Assembly: GCA_001643675.2 (NCBI GenBank)
Contig: LSRY02000002.1
Location: forward strand, 1,984,001 to 2,048,000
Direction of reading: 5' to 3'
DNA length: 64,000 bases
Origin: Monocercomonoides exilis PA203
Lineage: Eukaryota; Protista; Preaxostyla
The notes below the pieces were generated by a model, which was given only the letters and a program-made list of their open reading frames with translations, was not told where the DNA came from and did no database searches. A program made the translations under genes and the position numbers. Numbering within the stretch: position 1 is the first letter of the stretch; every line of letters starts with the position of its first letter. This document shows positions 32,201 through 45,727 of this stretch, piece by piece.

Positions 32201-35200
32201 AGAGGAAGACACCAAGTTCATTGCAAGTGCTGCGATTGAAGATGATTTGAGGGATGAAGAATCTGAAGAATGAGATGCAGATAAAAGAAATAGAAAGATG
32301 ATCTCGTGAATCAGAGTGTGCCAGAAAGGAGGAATAAATGAAATTGGATCTGACAGCTCACGAGGGATTTGCAAGTGAGAAAATGAAGAGTGGGAACCTG
32401 ACAAAAGAGATGGATGAGTGACAAGATACAGCATCACATCGAGTGTTGGAGTACGTGCATTTTCAGGCAGAACAGCTGGTGTTAATTCTGATGAAGACAA
32501 AAAGAATGATGCAAGTGGAGATGGAAGTAGCTGCTTTGTGGTTGATGATTCATCAGAGGAAGATGTTAGAAGTGCGTATCTGATAATTGAAAGGAGCACG
32601 TGTCTTCGAGAAAGATAAAGGCGAGAAAGCGGTTCGTGTCTTTGGTTCCTTTCCTTTTCTTTGTTATTCTTTGTTGCGCTCAACGGTTTCGTGTTATTTG
32701 CGCTTTTAGGAAGAGAAACTGTTGGAGGACGAGGAGGGAATGGCAGCAAAAGAGCATTGTCACAATACTCTCCAAGAAGCGATGGAGAAGCAGTCAAAGC
32801 CAAAGAAGGTACACTCCAAACAGGTGGAGTTGTTAGCGATTTAAATATTATTATTTCTCCTTCATCTGTTTCATCTCCCTTCCCGCTTAGCGCTCCGAAT
32901 CCACCGTCTGTGATTGTCATCGTAGTCAACGATGATCCAGTAGATGAAACAGACATGTTGTCCTCCAAGTCATTTGCCCATTTTGTTTCTACTCCGTTCT
33001 TCAGATCGTTCCACTCTCCCAATCCAGAATGGTCGTCAGATTCCACATCTGCTGCTCCTGATGCTGGCGGGACACAGAACGGATTTTCTTCCATCCTGTT
33101 TGTTTCCTCCTGCTCTTCCAGCTCCATCATAAGTGTGCTGACTTCGTAGAGCCCAAACTGCTCTTCGTACATCTTCTCTTCCTCTCGTTCGTTTTCAGCA
33201 ATTGTACCGATCTCTTTGAATGGATCTGCATTAAAGCCATTCATCATATCTCCAAATGCATTTGAAGAAGACGATCCAGAAAACGCTGAAGAACCAGACG
33301 AGGCAACATTGCGAGGCAAAAACCCAAGCTCTCTTCCTCTCTCAACACCCAACTCCGCCACAAGCCCTGTTTCTCTTTCTTGCGCCTTTTCTTTCCTCAA
33401 TCTTCGAATCTGCTTTTTCCGTATCTCAATCATCTTTGCTTTGAATGCAGACATCTCTTTCGTGGCTGGATCGTCTGTCTCAGCAAACACTGTGTCTTCC
33501 AGCAGTCCCTGTGCAAAGGCATTCAATATTCCTCTCTCTGGTGCTGGCATCAGAGCTTGAAGGGCTTCACTTGCTGTCTTTGGTGGTGCCTTCAATGTAG
33601 AAGTTGCACCAGCAGCAGCAGGTGTGGCATTTGCATTTGTTGCGAATGGGTTGGTTGTCGATGGTGCAGCAAAAGGATTGGTTGTGTTTGTTGTTGTAGT
33701 TGCAAATGGATTTGTTGTGGCTGGCTTAGCAAATGGATTGGTTGTTGTGTTTGCGGATGGTTGTGCAAATGGGTTTGTTGTGTTGGTTGCTGTTGTCTGA
33801 GCAGCTTGTTGTGGAGCAGCAGTTGATTGAGTCTCTTTTTGTGGAGGCTGATAGGGCGAAATAAGATCGTTTTCTGCACGTGTGAGAAGAGCAGCAAAAC
33901 GAGATTGGTTGATAAGCGAGGCGATGTCAAAGAATACACGAGATGCTGTGACAGACACCAACCGAAGTGGAAATAGAAGCGTCAGAGGAAGAAGCACTGT
34001 GGTGACTGTTTGAGTTGTCACTGCTGTGGATGTTGTGGTTGCCGCAGGTGTTGTTGAACCAAAAGTACTTCCAAAGCCTATTGCAAATGGGTTTGTTGGG
34101 GATGGCTGGGCTGCTGGTGCAAGAGAGGTTGTTGTAGTAACTTTTTCTGTGGACTGGAGAGGATAAGAGGAAAGGGAGCATGTTGAAAGCAGAATCACTC
34201 CCACAAGTGCTGATCTGATTTCAGCAACAGGAGAACATAACAGCTCTGGCATTGATGTGGATGCTGGCGGAGATGGATGAAGCGAAGACAGCGCAGAAAA
34301 CAGCGGCTGGCACATCAACATCTCCTCCAGCACGCGTAGAATAGAGAAGCAAAGAGACAGAAGTGAATGCAGAACAGGAATCGATGTCAACGTTTGCTGC
34401 AGTTTTTGCTTGCGTTCCTGTTCCTGCTGCTGTTGCTTTTGTTGTTGCTGGGCTGTTGTAGACTGAGCTGCAACATAAGGCGTCATTGACGGCTGGTTCT
34501 GCTGTTTGGAAGCTGTGTCGTCTTCAATTGGAATAGCTGCCAAAATGGATGGGTGCCATCCGAGCTGCTTATCGACTTTGTCTTCGCTGTTATTGGTACT
34601 CGTGTTTAGTGTCCTCATCTCATCATATCCCCAAAATTCGTCGCTGAACACGTTGAATGGTTCTGGTTGTGCCAGCGAATCAAAAGCAGAAGATGGGCTC
34701 AAATAGGATGCTGAGGGCATCATCTGTGCTCCAACAGCAGACCATCCGCTAGTTGTTGAATAAGGCTGAGGTCCAAACTGTGAATACGGAGGATATAACG
34801 GTCGATTCAAGGGCATGCCAAGAGAATTGCCAGTTCCATATGGCTCCATTGCTCCGTTTGCATTGTTGTAATTAAGCGGACCAGAAGCAGAAGATGGTGC
34901 TGTACGAGAAGAATAAAGCGATGTGACTGAGAATGAAGCAGGAGCGGTCTCTTTGTATGCCTCAATGTTTCTCTGGACAACATGTGTAACAAATGAAGGA
35001 GGAAGGAAACGAGAGGAAACATCAATCAGAAGCGAACACAGCGAAAGGAATGAATGAAGTTGAAACGGCAAAGAAAACGACGATGAAGAGGAAGATGAGA
35101 AGGACATGTCTTCGCCTGCAGATCCACCTGAAGTAAGAGGTGTTGTCAACGAGGCAAAGATGACAAAGCCAGGGATAAGCGCTGGATCAATCACATCGTC

Positions 35201-38200
35201 TGCAATAAACGAAGAATCTTGCAACTTGCTTTTGAACGACTGCCACGTAACAGGCTCTTTCTTCGCTTCTTCGGCGTCTGATGCTTTTGCCGATGTTCCA
35301 TCGCTTGCTCCACCAGACAATGAAGATGAAGGTTTCAAGTAGTTGTCGTGATATCTCAGAGGCGTTGCTTTTCTTTTCTTTTCCTGTTCTTTGATCATCC
35401 AATTAACAGTCGCATCTCCAAGTGATGTCGCCAACCGCTGTGAGATTGTCATGTAAATTGGCTCACTGTTTGCTGAAGAAGCAGATGAAGATGATGACGA
35501 TGAGGCTGTCGATGAAATTTTGCTCTTTTCATCCGTCAACATTTTCTTCCCTTCATTTTGCAGCAGCGCTTCTCTTTCTCTCCTCAGAGCGAGGTATTGT
35601 CTGATAGAATGGATGAGAAGCGGAGATATCACGCAGCCGCATCGGAACTGGCAAAGCACATCTGAAAAGAGATGGAGCGCAGCTGTTGTGCAGACAGCAA
35701 ACTCGCGTGGGTCGGAATACGTTTTGTGTGTGAGAGAAGGGAAGATGTGAGTGAAGACAAAGAGAATGGATGGGGTGAGTGTTGGGTACAAGAGAACAGA
35801 CAATGGCAGTGTGGAGGAAGAAGTCGATGAAGGAAGATGCGCAAAGCTAGACACATCAAAAGGCGTGGATGTTGCTGATGAAGCTGTTGACACAGCTGTA
35901 GATCGTGAAAAGAGGGACAGTGGAACAGATGAAGTGGAAACGAAGACTTCTCGAATGAAATCTATTAAAGCGACGGTTGTTGGGTATCTCTCCAGCATTC
36001 CTTCAACAAAATGGAAATCGGTTCGAAATGTGGATGCAAAGATGTCAATTCCCGATGACAATGATGAAGATGAATCTGTTGAATTCTGATCAAAAAGAGA
36101 AGAAGATCCAGAAGAAGACGAATTTGTGGTTGAAGAAGTCGCTGAAGAGTTTGAAGCAGAAGCTGCTGCCAAATATTTAGACTTCACAAACATGTCCCAC
36201 ACGAACGGTGCATGAAGTGGATAAGACGCAAAAGCAGCAAGTGTTCTTATCACTTCTGCTTTGAGCGATGGATTGAGTGGATAGAGAAGCAGAGCACAGA
36301 GCACATTCAGCGGGCGGAAGGCCGGGTGAGTCATCAGAAATGATGCAGCAAATGGAGACTGACGCACAACACACTGGCACAACGTCAGGAAGGACAGAAG
36401 TCCCTGCAAATCGATGTCTGACAGAGAAGTCTCAGATGATAGACACGAAAACGATGTCACGTCTCTGATTGCGCTGTCATCAAAGCTACCGCTTTTCCTG
36501 TTGTTTATCTTTGACAACACACCATCCCCTTCTATTTCACTGCTGTTGCTTCCGTTTCCTCCGAACCCGTCGCGCCCTGTGACTGAAATTCTCTTCGACT
36601 CCATCGCTTTCTCCTGGCTTTCTCTGAGTGCCTCGAGCATCCCAAACAGCTGGTCCCAGCTCAGCCACGAGAGATGCGGGTGCTTCGAGTTCTGTGCGAG
36701 CATCGAATGCACAAACAATGCAGAGGCTGGGGACGATGCTGCAATTGAGCCAAGCAGGTTGAGGAAGACAGGGTAGACAAGTGTGTTGCTGCCGTCCCCA
36801 GCAGCGAAGGTGATGAAGGAGTGCCAGTGCTGAGTGAATGGCGCACGGACACTGAACGAGCGAGTGAAAAGAGGCTGTCTTGTCACAAGTGCGATGATGC
36901 AGTCAAGAAGATGAGGGAAGAGATACTGGCCGAAGGGAGCTGGCGAAGGAAGGGTGAAGAAATACGACGTTGTGGCAGATGCAGAAACAGAAGCAGTTGA
37001 AGAGGAAGCAGAAGCAGCAGATGGCTGCTCAGTTGAAGTGAGCTTCCCTGCAATCAGCTGTGATGTTGCATTTGCGTCTAATATTCCTTCATATGGTGAC
37101 CATTTCATGGCCAGGCGAACTGAATGAGAGAGACGCGTGGCTCCAACAGGAGAAATGATGGAATAAGAGTTGGAGGAAGGGAAGTGAATGACTCTTGAGA
37201 ACTGCTTGCGTGAAGTGAGAGAGGGGATGTCGCGAGGTGGTGTAAGAGATGATTGTTGTGCTGAAGTGGACGATGACGAAGAAGAGGAAGAAGAAGATGA
37301 TGATGCAGATAATGACGATGATGAGTCTGGAGGTATGAAAGGCCCACCAAATGTTGATTTGATCGTAGGAAATGAGAGATTCGCAGAAATCGAAGGGAAT
37401 CCATCAGAATCTGAAGAAAATGTCGCAGATGAAAGAGAAAATTTCCCCCTTCTCATTTTAAGCTCTGCTGCCCATTCGTCTTCTGAATCTTCGTCTCCTT
37501 CAATTCCTGCCCTATCGAGCTCCCTTCCTCTGCCCTGCATACCAAACAGAGCCTTCTCACGCCTCTTCAGTCCTTTCATTCGCAGCATTTCTTCTTTTTC
37601 TCTGCCTTCTAATCTTTTTGCTGCATCTTCCTTTGCTTTCTCGTGTTCGTCGAGAGCTCTTTGGAATATGCCGTCTTCAACAATAGCTGCAGAGTCGCTC
37701 ATTCCTTTCAGCTCTCTCACAACATGCGGGAAAAGCATCACAAACCCATCTACAATACGCCAGAGGGTCTTCACGCACACAGTCCATCTGGGTGTATCAC
37801 TAATTAAAAGTGGGTTTGATAGCAGTGAATGTTCAATAAACAAGAATACATCGTTTCCAACAACAGATGATTGGACGAGACCGGAAATGTTGTCGGAATG
37901 AAAAGGATCTGTTGGTTGTTGAGATAATTGAATAAATGCATCCAACTGGATCTTCAGTTCATAGTTGACTTCTTCGTCTCCCCGTTGAGAAAGATCACGA
38001 TTTAAATCGTTTGTAACTGATTGAAGATATACCGCCCATCCAAGCTGAATTAGCGAAAGAAGACCTGATGTTGATGGGGTCACTGAATGAAGAGGTTGAA
38101 AACCATCTTTATCGGTATCGTCGTCTTTGTTGTTGTCCTTACTGTTCATTACTCTATCTAGATCGCTGGTAAGATAAGCATTAAACATTCTTGCTGTTTC

Positions 38201-38690
38201 GCAATCGCTAAATATTGTTAAATAGTTAAATTACATCAAGAAAAACGATATTTGATAATGATCGTTCAATTATATTTCAATAAGCAAAAAGATAAAATTA
38301 AAAAGGTTATGCTTCATACGTCCAAATAGTATTTGTAGTAGATTCGTGGTTAACATTAACTTTTTCTTGGCGAGGATTCAAAAAACTCAAAATTGAAAAT
38401 GAAAGCATCACCAATTCCTTGTTAAAAAAGATCCAAATAGCATTTAAAACAAGGAACATTTGTTAAATAACAAAAATTTAATTTGAAAGCGGAAAAAAAC
38501 AAGATCAAAACAGTAACAAAAGTATTAAAATGAAATGTTTGTAATAAGTTCAGCAAACATGAAAGCGTTCGGGTGTTCTAAATTGATTATATTCATGTGA
38601 TAGATTCATCAATGAAGTTGTTAACTTTTGTAAAATTGAAGAATCATGTTGCTGTTGCATCCCTCTTTGTGGTGATTTAAGAGTCTGCAT
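26234..38690 (-). CDS. NUP205: Nucleoporin Nup205/Nup192 homolog, expanded to about 4000 aa by low-complexity inserts
   Basis: Conserved blocks VYPVFLNLLGSIA, SWDQLF, DLQGLLSFLTL, PSLKAEVIRTLAAFA, ERYPTTVALIDFI and IFPSLTHKTYSDPRE match the Nup205 N-terminal solenoid as recalled. The giant final exon is 26234-38207. Short 5' exons are inferred up to ATG at 38690 (MQTLKSPQRG...), so the 5' structure is less certain. Confidence 0.8.
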
Positions 38691-38760
38691 TTCAGCGGGT
38701 TGAACTGTGGTTAAGATCAAAAAATATTTCCCAAACTAGCATATTTTCATTTTGTTGGAA
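38691..38760. promoter_or_regulatory. Putative bidirectional promoter (NUP205 / C2-domain gene)
   Basis: Only 70 nt separate the inferred divergent ATGs. Confidence 0.5.
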
Positions 38761-41027
38761 ATGGGCAACCTAACCTCAAATGTGAATAAAATTCCTTATC
38801 GTTTGTTTATTACAATATATCAAATTGCTGGCGTTGTGGAAAAGGCTTCTCGAGCTCTGTCAGTTACAAGTTTTTTCATTTTAATAATTTGATTATTAAA
38901 TGGGATATTTAATTTATATGTTTATCAATTTAGTGTACCTTGAATCAAAATCAATTAGTACTTCTTTTAAAAAGGGAATAAATCCTATTGTTTGTTTTAT
39001 TCAGGCGTTTTTTCTAAAGATATTTGTTTCAGATACAAGAGCGATTTTGCTTTCAGAATGTTAAAAATCAATCATCCTTACAATTGGAAGTGTGGTCAAA
39101 GGGATTGTGCTTCGATCTTGAGTTTCTTGGTTCGGTTTCAATTCCATTAGCTCCTTTTTACGGATGTGAAAAGCGTGGACTTTATCCTTTTTCTGTTGAT
39201 GATGGAGAAAAAGTTGGATTCGTTGATGCCGCAATATTTCTTTGTCCTTATGGAATGTCAATTACGGGAGCAACTGTTTGCTTGATTTTTTTTTTCCAAA
39301 TATTTTCAAAAAAATGTTATTTTATTTTAACGATGAAAAACTAGCCTTCTCTATCTTTTTGTGAGGATGGACAGTTATTCGCACCTCCACCAAAAATTCC
39401 TCGAATATGTTCCAAAACTCCTATAGCGCCTTTTTATAAAGAAATGCCTATCCCGGAATTGTCGACTTATCTTTCATCTCCTGCATCTTTTGGATTAGAA
39501 TTACTATTAAAAAGGAAAGCAAAGAAAGAAGAAGAAAGTGAAATGAAAGAAAAGAAACAAAAAAAGCTGCAAAATGTGCTTTCGCAGGAGATGAAAATTA
39601 GTGAGAGAGATGGAGGAATGACGTCAAAAGAAGAACTAGTGTCGATTTTGGGAGGAAAATATGAAGTGGAAGATAAGCAAGATGATCCTCTTGAATCACA
39701 AAGCAAAATAAATCAGCTGGAAAATGAAATAAAAATTCTTCGTAAGCGCCAATCCAACCTTCGGCAGAAGCTGCTGATGAAAAGCAGGTCTTATGATATC
39801 AAAGGGAAAAATAAGAATCTCCAAAAAAAGAGAAACAAGAAAATGAGTTATGAAGAAATTATTCATTTGCTGTATGAAACCAAAAAGGAGAAAGAAAAGT
39901 TGAAAGCAACTTTTGATGAAGAAGCGCTGACGACTCTGCATTTTGCAGAGTATGTTGTGCCGCTTGACCTGAATGAGACAGAAGAAGAGGCGCGAAACGA
40001 GTATTCGAAGCTTGTGAATCAGATGGGGCTGAAGGCGAAAAAAGGGATAGTTCTGGATTCAGACTATTATTTGCGCAAGTGGATGCTGCTGGAGGCAGAA
40101 AGGGTGCATCTTCTTCGGATCAAAGAGAAAGAGCAAAAGGACATCGCCATCACAAAAACACTCAGAGGCAAAAATATGCTGGAAAATGAAAAGAATGTGA
40201 TTTTGGGAAAGAACGTTCAGGATAAAATGAAAGAAGCAATGATTGCGTTGACACCTTCTGTTGCCTCTGCTAAAGAAGCAGAAATCAACCACACTCCTTT
40301 TTCCTCTCTCCCTTCTTCGCGAACAAACACAGGGGTTCTGGTTGAAATGGTGGATGAGGCACAAAAGGCAAATTCGTCTTGTGATGCAACAGAATCAGAT
40401 TTGGAAACAGGAATGTCTGAAGCGTTTTCGAATCCTCTTTCTTCGCGATCCAAACAAACAACACGTCCAACCTCGTCTTCGTGCTCTTCTTCGTATCCGT
40501 CATTAGCCACTTCTTATTCTGCGTCTGCATCTTCGTCTTCGTCGTCAGCAACAACAACAACATCAACGTCATCATCTACTTCTTCTCAACCCCCATCTTT
40601 TAATCCAGTTGAAGACAACGATGCTTTGGAAGCAGCAATGAAGCACCAAAAAGACCAGATTCGCGACCCGTTTGTTTTGATAGTCAATCCGCAGCCGATC
40701 ACAAACAGCGATCTTTTGGATAATCCTTCGTCAGCAGCAGCGGTTGTGCCGAATCCTTCAGTTCATGTGGCATCTTCAAAGAAGATAGACATAAAAGCTA
40801 ATGAACATCCACAAGGCAAAGGAGATGCCAAAACAATAGATAAACGAACAATACGAAAGCTGAACAGAAAAGTGGATTCGTTCTCGTTTTATATTGTTCC
40901 CCCGACGCCCGCTGAACAACAGAAACGAGGAGCTTCAAATACAAAAATTGAAAAAGAAGGAAAAGATGAAGGAGAAAAAACAAGTGTTGAGAAGATCAAA
41001 GGAATCAAAGGAAGTGGAGCAAAATAA
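38761..41027 (+). CDS. C2-domain protein with coiled-coil and Ser-rich tail; possible N-myristoylation (MGNLTS)
   Basis: Inferred introns 38870-38933, 38990-39032 and 39275-39344 join in frame. C2 signature NPI-IQERFCF...LQLEVWSK...FLGSVSIPL. Confidence 0.75.
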
Positions 41028-42868
41028 AAACAACAAAAATGAATGAAAGACGAAATTCAGTTGAATGTTTCGTCTTCTGATATGATGGAACAGCTCTGTC
41101 TGAAACTTCAAATGTGGAATTTTTCGTCATCTTGTTCACATGTGGTTAGAATATAAAAATTTTGTGTAAATATTTCACTATGAATGTTTGATAATTGTCT
41201 CATAAAATGATATTGATAAAAGCAAATAAATTACACTCATTATATTATTCTTAATAAACTTATAGTTGTCTTTTTTGTTTCATTTTTTTAAGTGTTCTTT
41301 GCTTTTTTTTTAAAACATATCACTTCAGCGTCTTTAATTTTTCTGAATTTTTTGCATAACTTCGTTTCTGTTTATATTTTTTTCTGTGTTTATTATTCAG
41401 TATTTTTATAAATTCTGATTTGTGACTTTTCGTTTGATTTTTGCACTTAATTATGTTAATATTTTGTTTGAACTAATTATTATAAATTCAGAACACGACT
41501 TAATATTATGTACCTTTGTTTTAATAAAAAATTTTTGTTAATGTTTAATTTCTTTATTTGTTTATTATACATAAAATTTTATTTTAATTATTTTTTTGTA
41601 ACTTTTCGTGCTATATTTTTATCAAACTGTTCCATATATTTTTTGATTTGAATTGCTGAAAAGACAAATATTTAAAAGAATCTGTAAATGTTTTTTGTTT
41701 TATTTAATTTCAAAGCTGTATGTAAAACAACATAAAACTTATTTTCAAATGAATTGCAAATTCTGCATACAAGTTATGTTTTTGATATTCAACATTCACA
41801 AATCAAAAATATTGTGAAATGGTCGATGTTAAAATTTTATTCTACAAGCCATATTTTTGTGCACTCCATGTCTAAGGACACATACAAATAAACTTTATCT
41901 GAACTTTTAATCAACAAAAAATCTTTCTTTGATTAAAAACAGATGTTAATATTATTTGCATGAGCAAAAAATACTGGAGAAAAAGTTTTCACGATAATTC
42001 GAATTCCGTATCAAATCTTCATTTTGGAGAGTATAATTGAAATCATAATTATTTTCGGAATGTTGATTTTCAAAGATTGTCAGTTTTTTGAAAAAAAAAA
42101 TTTAATGCAAAAGAGAAGAAGAAGAAGAATTGTTTTTCAAGACTAATATTTTCACTTTGTCAATTATTAAAAGGTCTTCAATTAGCCTTTTCACTTTTCA
42201 ATGTTCATTTGTTAACATTCCAGATTAATTTTCCAACAGAAAATATTTCCAGAAAAATTATGGTTTCAAAAATAATCACCCTTTTTCATAAAACATGAAA
42301 ATTTGATTTTCTTATTATCTTCACAAATTTTTTGATGAATTCATTTTCAAGAATTAAAGTTTTAGGCAAATAATTGTTTTGAAATAACCGTGAATAAATT
42401 ATTTTCGAAATTATCGTAATTTATCAATATTTCTTGGATATTATTGAAAAATAAAGATTCACCTTCATTTGAATAAAAAAGCAGAAGAAAATTGAATGAC
42501 ATCAATGTTCAATTTTCGAAGATTTCATAGTTTTTTCAAATATATCACTAATTTTTAAAATAACTTTGCTTTTTGAGATAATGCAGTTCATTTTGAAAGA
42601 AAAAAGATCAATAAAATTTTTATAAGCAGTCAATAAATAATTTTATTAAATTTGAATTGTCAAATAATGCAATTTAAAAAACAGAATATTTCGCAATAAT
42701 CACAACATTTTTAAAAAAACTCTAATTTTATTTATTTATGTGTTATTAATATGTATCATTTTTTTAAATATATTTGGTTACAATTTTCATTTAAAACATA
42801 ATCCTTTGATGAAAAATATCAAATCTTAAGATCATTGACAACCACTATTTGTGTGTGAGAAAACCGCC

Positions 42869-43604
42869 ATGAGTTCTGGACAACAACCTACGCTTACTTA
42901 TGCAATGATAAAGCCTGATGCATTTTCTAGGCAAAATGAAATTATAGATGTCATTAAGGAAAATGATTTTAAAATTGTTCAGATGAGACAAATGAAATGC
43001 TCTCCTGAAAAACTTGCTCTTTTTTATAAAGAACACGAAGGAAAGCCTTTTTTTTCAAGCCTTGTTTCATTTATGACAAGCGGACCAATTGTTGCAATGG
43101 TTTTATCAAAAGTAGATGCTGTTGCCGAATGGAGAAAACTTATCGGTTTTGAATTTTTTTAAAGTTTTTGTAATTGATTTTGTGAAATTGATGTTTTTAA
43201 GGGCCAACAAATTCTCTTGTTGCAAAAGAGACTCAGCCAAATACAATTCGTGCTCGCTTTGGAACTGATGGACAATGTAATGCTGTTCATGGAAGTGCAA
43301 CTCCTTCGGATGCTCGTCGCGAAATTAACTTCTTCTTCCCAAACATGGTTGTTGATCCACTTCCAACAGCAGCTGAATCACAATCTTATCTTTCAATGCA
43401 CGTCATACCCCTTCTATCAGAGGGTTTACTTGAATTATGTAAAGTTAAACCAGAAGATCCAACTGTATGATTAAAAGTTATTTTTATTGAATAAACAGTG
43501 TTTTTGTAATTCAATGTATTATCTTCATTCGGAAAAATTAGGAATGGCTGGGTGCTTGGCTTCTTGAACATAATCCAAATCAACCCGCAATAAAAACAAG
43601 TTAA
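42869..43604 (+). CDS. NME5: Nucleoside diphosphate kinase homolog 5 (NDK + Dpy-30 domain; flagellar radial spoke RSP23 type)
   Basis: Motifs TYAMIKPDA, FYKEHEGKPFF, MTSGP, IRARFG and NAVHGS, plus C-terminal Dpy-30 motif PLLSEGLLELCKVKPEDPTEWLGAWLLEHNP. Introns at 43146-43201 and 43465-43541. Confidence 0.92.
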
Positions 43605-44102
43605 TGAAAAATATTTCATATCCTCTGTCTCTAATTTCATTCGACATTTCTATTTATCTAATTTCATCACAAAATATTGTGAAAAATCCTTTGTTAATCT
43701 TGATCAATCATTTTAATAATATTAATTTTTAAACACTTCTTAAATTTCTTTTTTGTTATCATCTCATTTCTCCTTGAAATATTTCTATTACAAACACAAA
43801 TGAATATGCGCTTTTATAACAATGAAGTTGAAAAGCTTTGAACTCCATATTGGCAACTGCAAAAAATCAAAAAATAACAAGCGTAATCTTTGATGAAAAG
43901 CAGAATGCTCATTATCCACAGACAAGGATAATAAAAACAACAAAAAAATTCATTTAAAAAAAAAGAAGAAGAATAAAAACATACATAAAAAAATATTTAA
44001 TAATAAATATAAGAAAACATCATTTATAAGCATAAAATTAGCGCAAAAAAGTCATTATATTCATATTACATAATTATTATAAATAGAGTTGAGTACTTTG
44101 AT

Positions 44103-45623
44103 TTATTCCAACACAAATTCTTCCTCGACATCATCATCTACAAACGAGAAATCTTCAGCAGGTGTCGATTCTTCCTCTGTCAATGGAACTTCATCAACAA
44201 TCTTGCGCAATACACCAGGGCGGTTTGTGCAAATAGATTTCACTCCAGTTTTCAGCGTTTCACGCAAAGTGTCGGCATCATCTTTGTTGTTGGCTGATGT
44301 TAACAACGCAAAACAAATAGACATCAAAACGAAGTGATTTAAGAAGCATAATTTACATGCACATTTACATTTATAAAGAAGTTTGAAAACATAAAAATTT
44401 AAAAATTCAGGTAATCGATTGTCAACAAATGATTAACTTTAGTTGCACACTTCCAAAATAGCACATCGTATCATATCCCTTGCCATTTGCTTCTGCAATA
44501 AAAGACTTCATTTTTGGCTTTGAAAGCAGCGAGCACGCAGGGTGGAAAGCTGAAGCATTGTAATATTTGGCTGATTTGAACATGTTTGGATAGCTTAATA
44601 ATTTGTAATAAAAATAATTGGATATTATCACCGAAAATAACATCAAAAATCAATCGATTATTGAGGCAACACACTTTGTTGGGGGCATGGAGAAAAGTAA
44701 TGCTTTTTTCAGTCTATTGTCATCCTTGATTGGTTCCATAAGATCGGTAACAACTTGATACATTAGACCATGATCTTAATGATTGCACCAAAATAGAAAC
44801 AACAAATTAAATAAATATTTTTGAAATAATTAATAAAAATACACCAGATCTTATTTTCTAAAATAACAAACATTTTTTCCAATAAAACGATGACACAACA
44901 TGGATGCAACTTTCCATTTTTTTCTTGGTAACAAGATCAAATACACGAGGACCAATGGCCTTGTCATTTCCTTTGAGTTCGATAACAATTTTTTTCCCTG
45001 TTGGGCAAACAGCATCCAGAACTTCAGACAACTTTGGTAAAGGAATTGGAGGAACCCATTGCATAACATATTTATCACTTTTATACAATGAAGAACGCAC
45101 TTTGTCATATGCCCTATTAGAAGAATTCAAAATTAAAAATAAACAATTTATTTTTTATCGTTCGAATGAACTGAAGTCAAACCATGGAAGCTTAACTCTA
45201 AATTTGTAACGTTCCGATGCATTGTAATGCTTTACCGAAGGAGTTTTGGAGCCATCGAGTGAAGGTGTAATAATCTGCCCAAGACGCTCTATTTTTGATT
45301 GTAAATCTCGATGAGAAATTACGATTTGATCATCCGATGAAAGCCACACATCCAACTCAACACTTAACACAAATGAATGAAAAATATTTTTTAAAAAATA
45401 TGTAATTTTTGCAAACACGTCCGCTCCATCTTTAATAGCTTGAAGATATGATGGTATCGAATTCTCAGGATAAAGACTCACACATTTCTAAAAAATTAAT
45501 TTTATCGTTTTTTTGACAATAAACAATTAATTTTTATACCGGCTGAGAACATCCACTTCCTCTGTGTCCAATAACAGTAAAACACTGTGCAGCGTTTAAT
45601 AAAAACAGCAATAAACCGAACAT
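44103..45623 (-). CDS. Glycerophosphodiester phosphodiesterase (GDPD family), multi-exon, predicted signal peptide
   Basis: Motifs VIGHRG, YPENS, GAD-VELDV, ISH, IELK, VSSF and GVKSICTNRP are spread over several short-intron-separated exons. N-terminus is MFGLLLFLLNAAQC. Confidence 0.88.
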
Positions 45624-45727
45624 TACGATCCATAACCTTAATTTTGACACAAAAGGTCTTTTGATTGGATTTTTCAACTATTTTTGTATTTGAGACCGTT
45701 TATGGTTTTAGACCATTTGCATGATTT
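45624..45727. promoter_or_regulatory. Putative bidirectional promoter (GDPD / membrane protein gene)
   Basis: 104 nt separate the divergent ATGs. Confidence 0.55.

Noticed and set aside
41028-42868. 1.8-kb very AT-rich intergenic region as a hidden element or ncRNA
   Set aside because: No terminal repeats, tandem repeats, ORFs or structured GC-rich segment are visible by eye.
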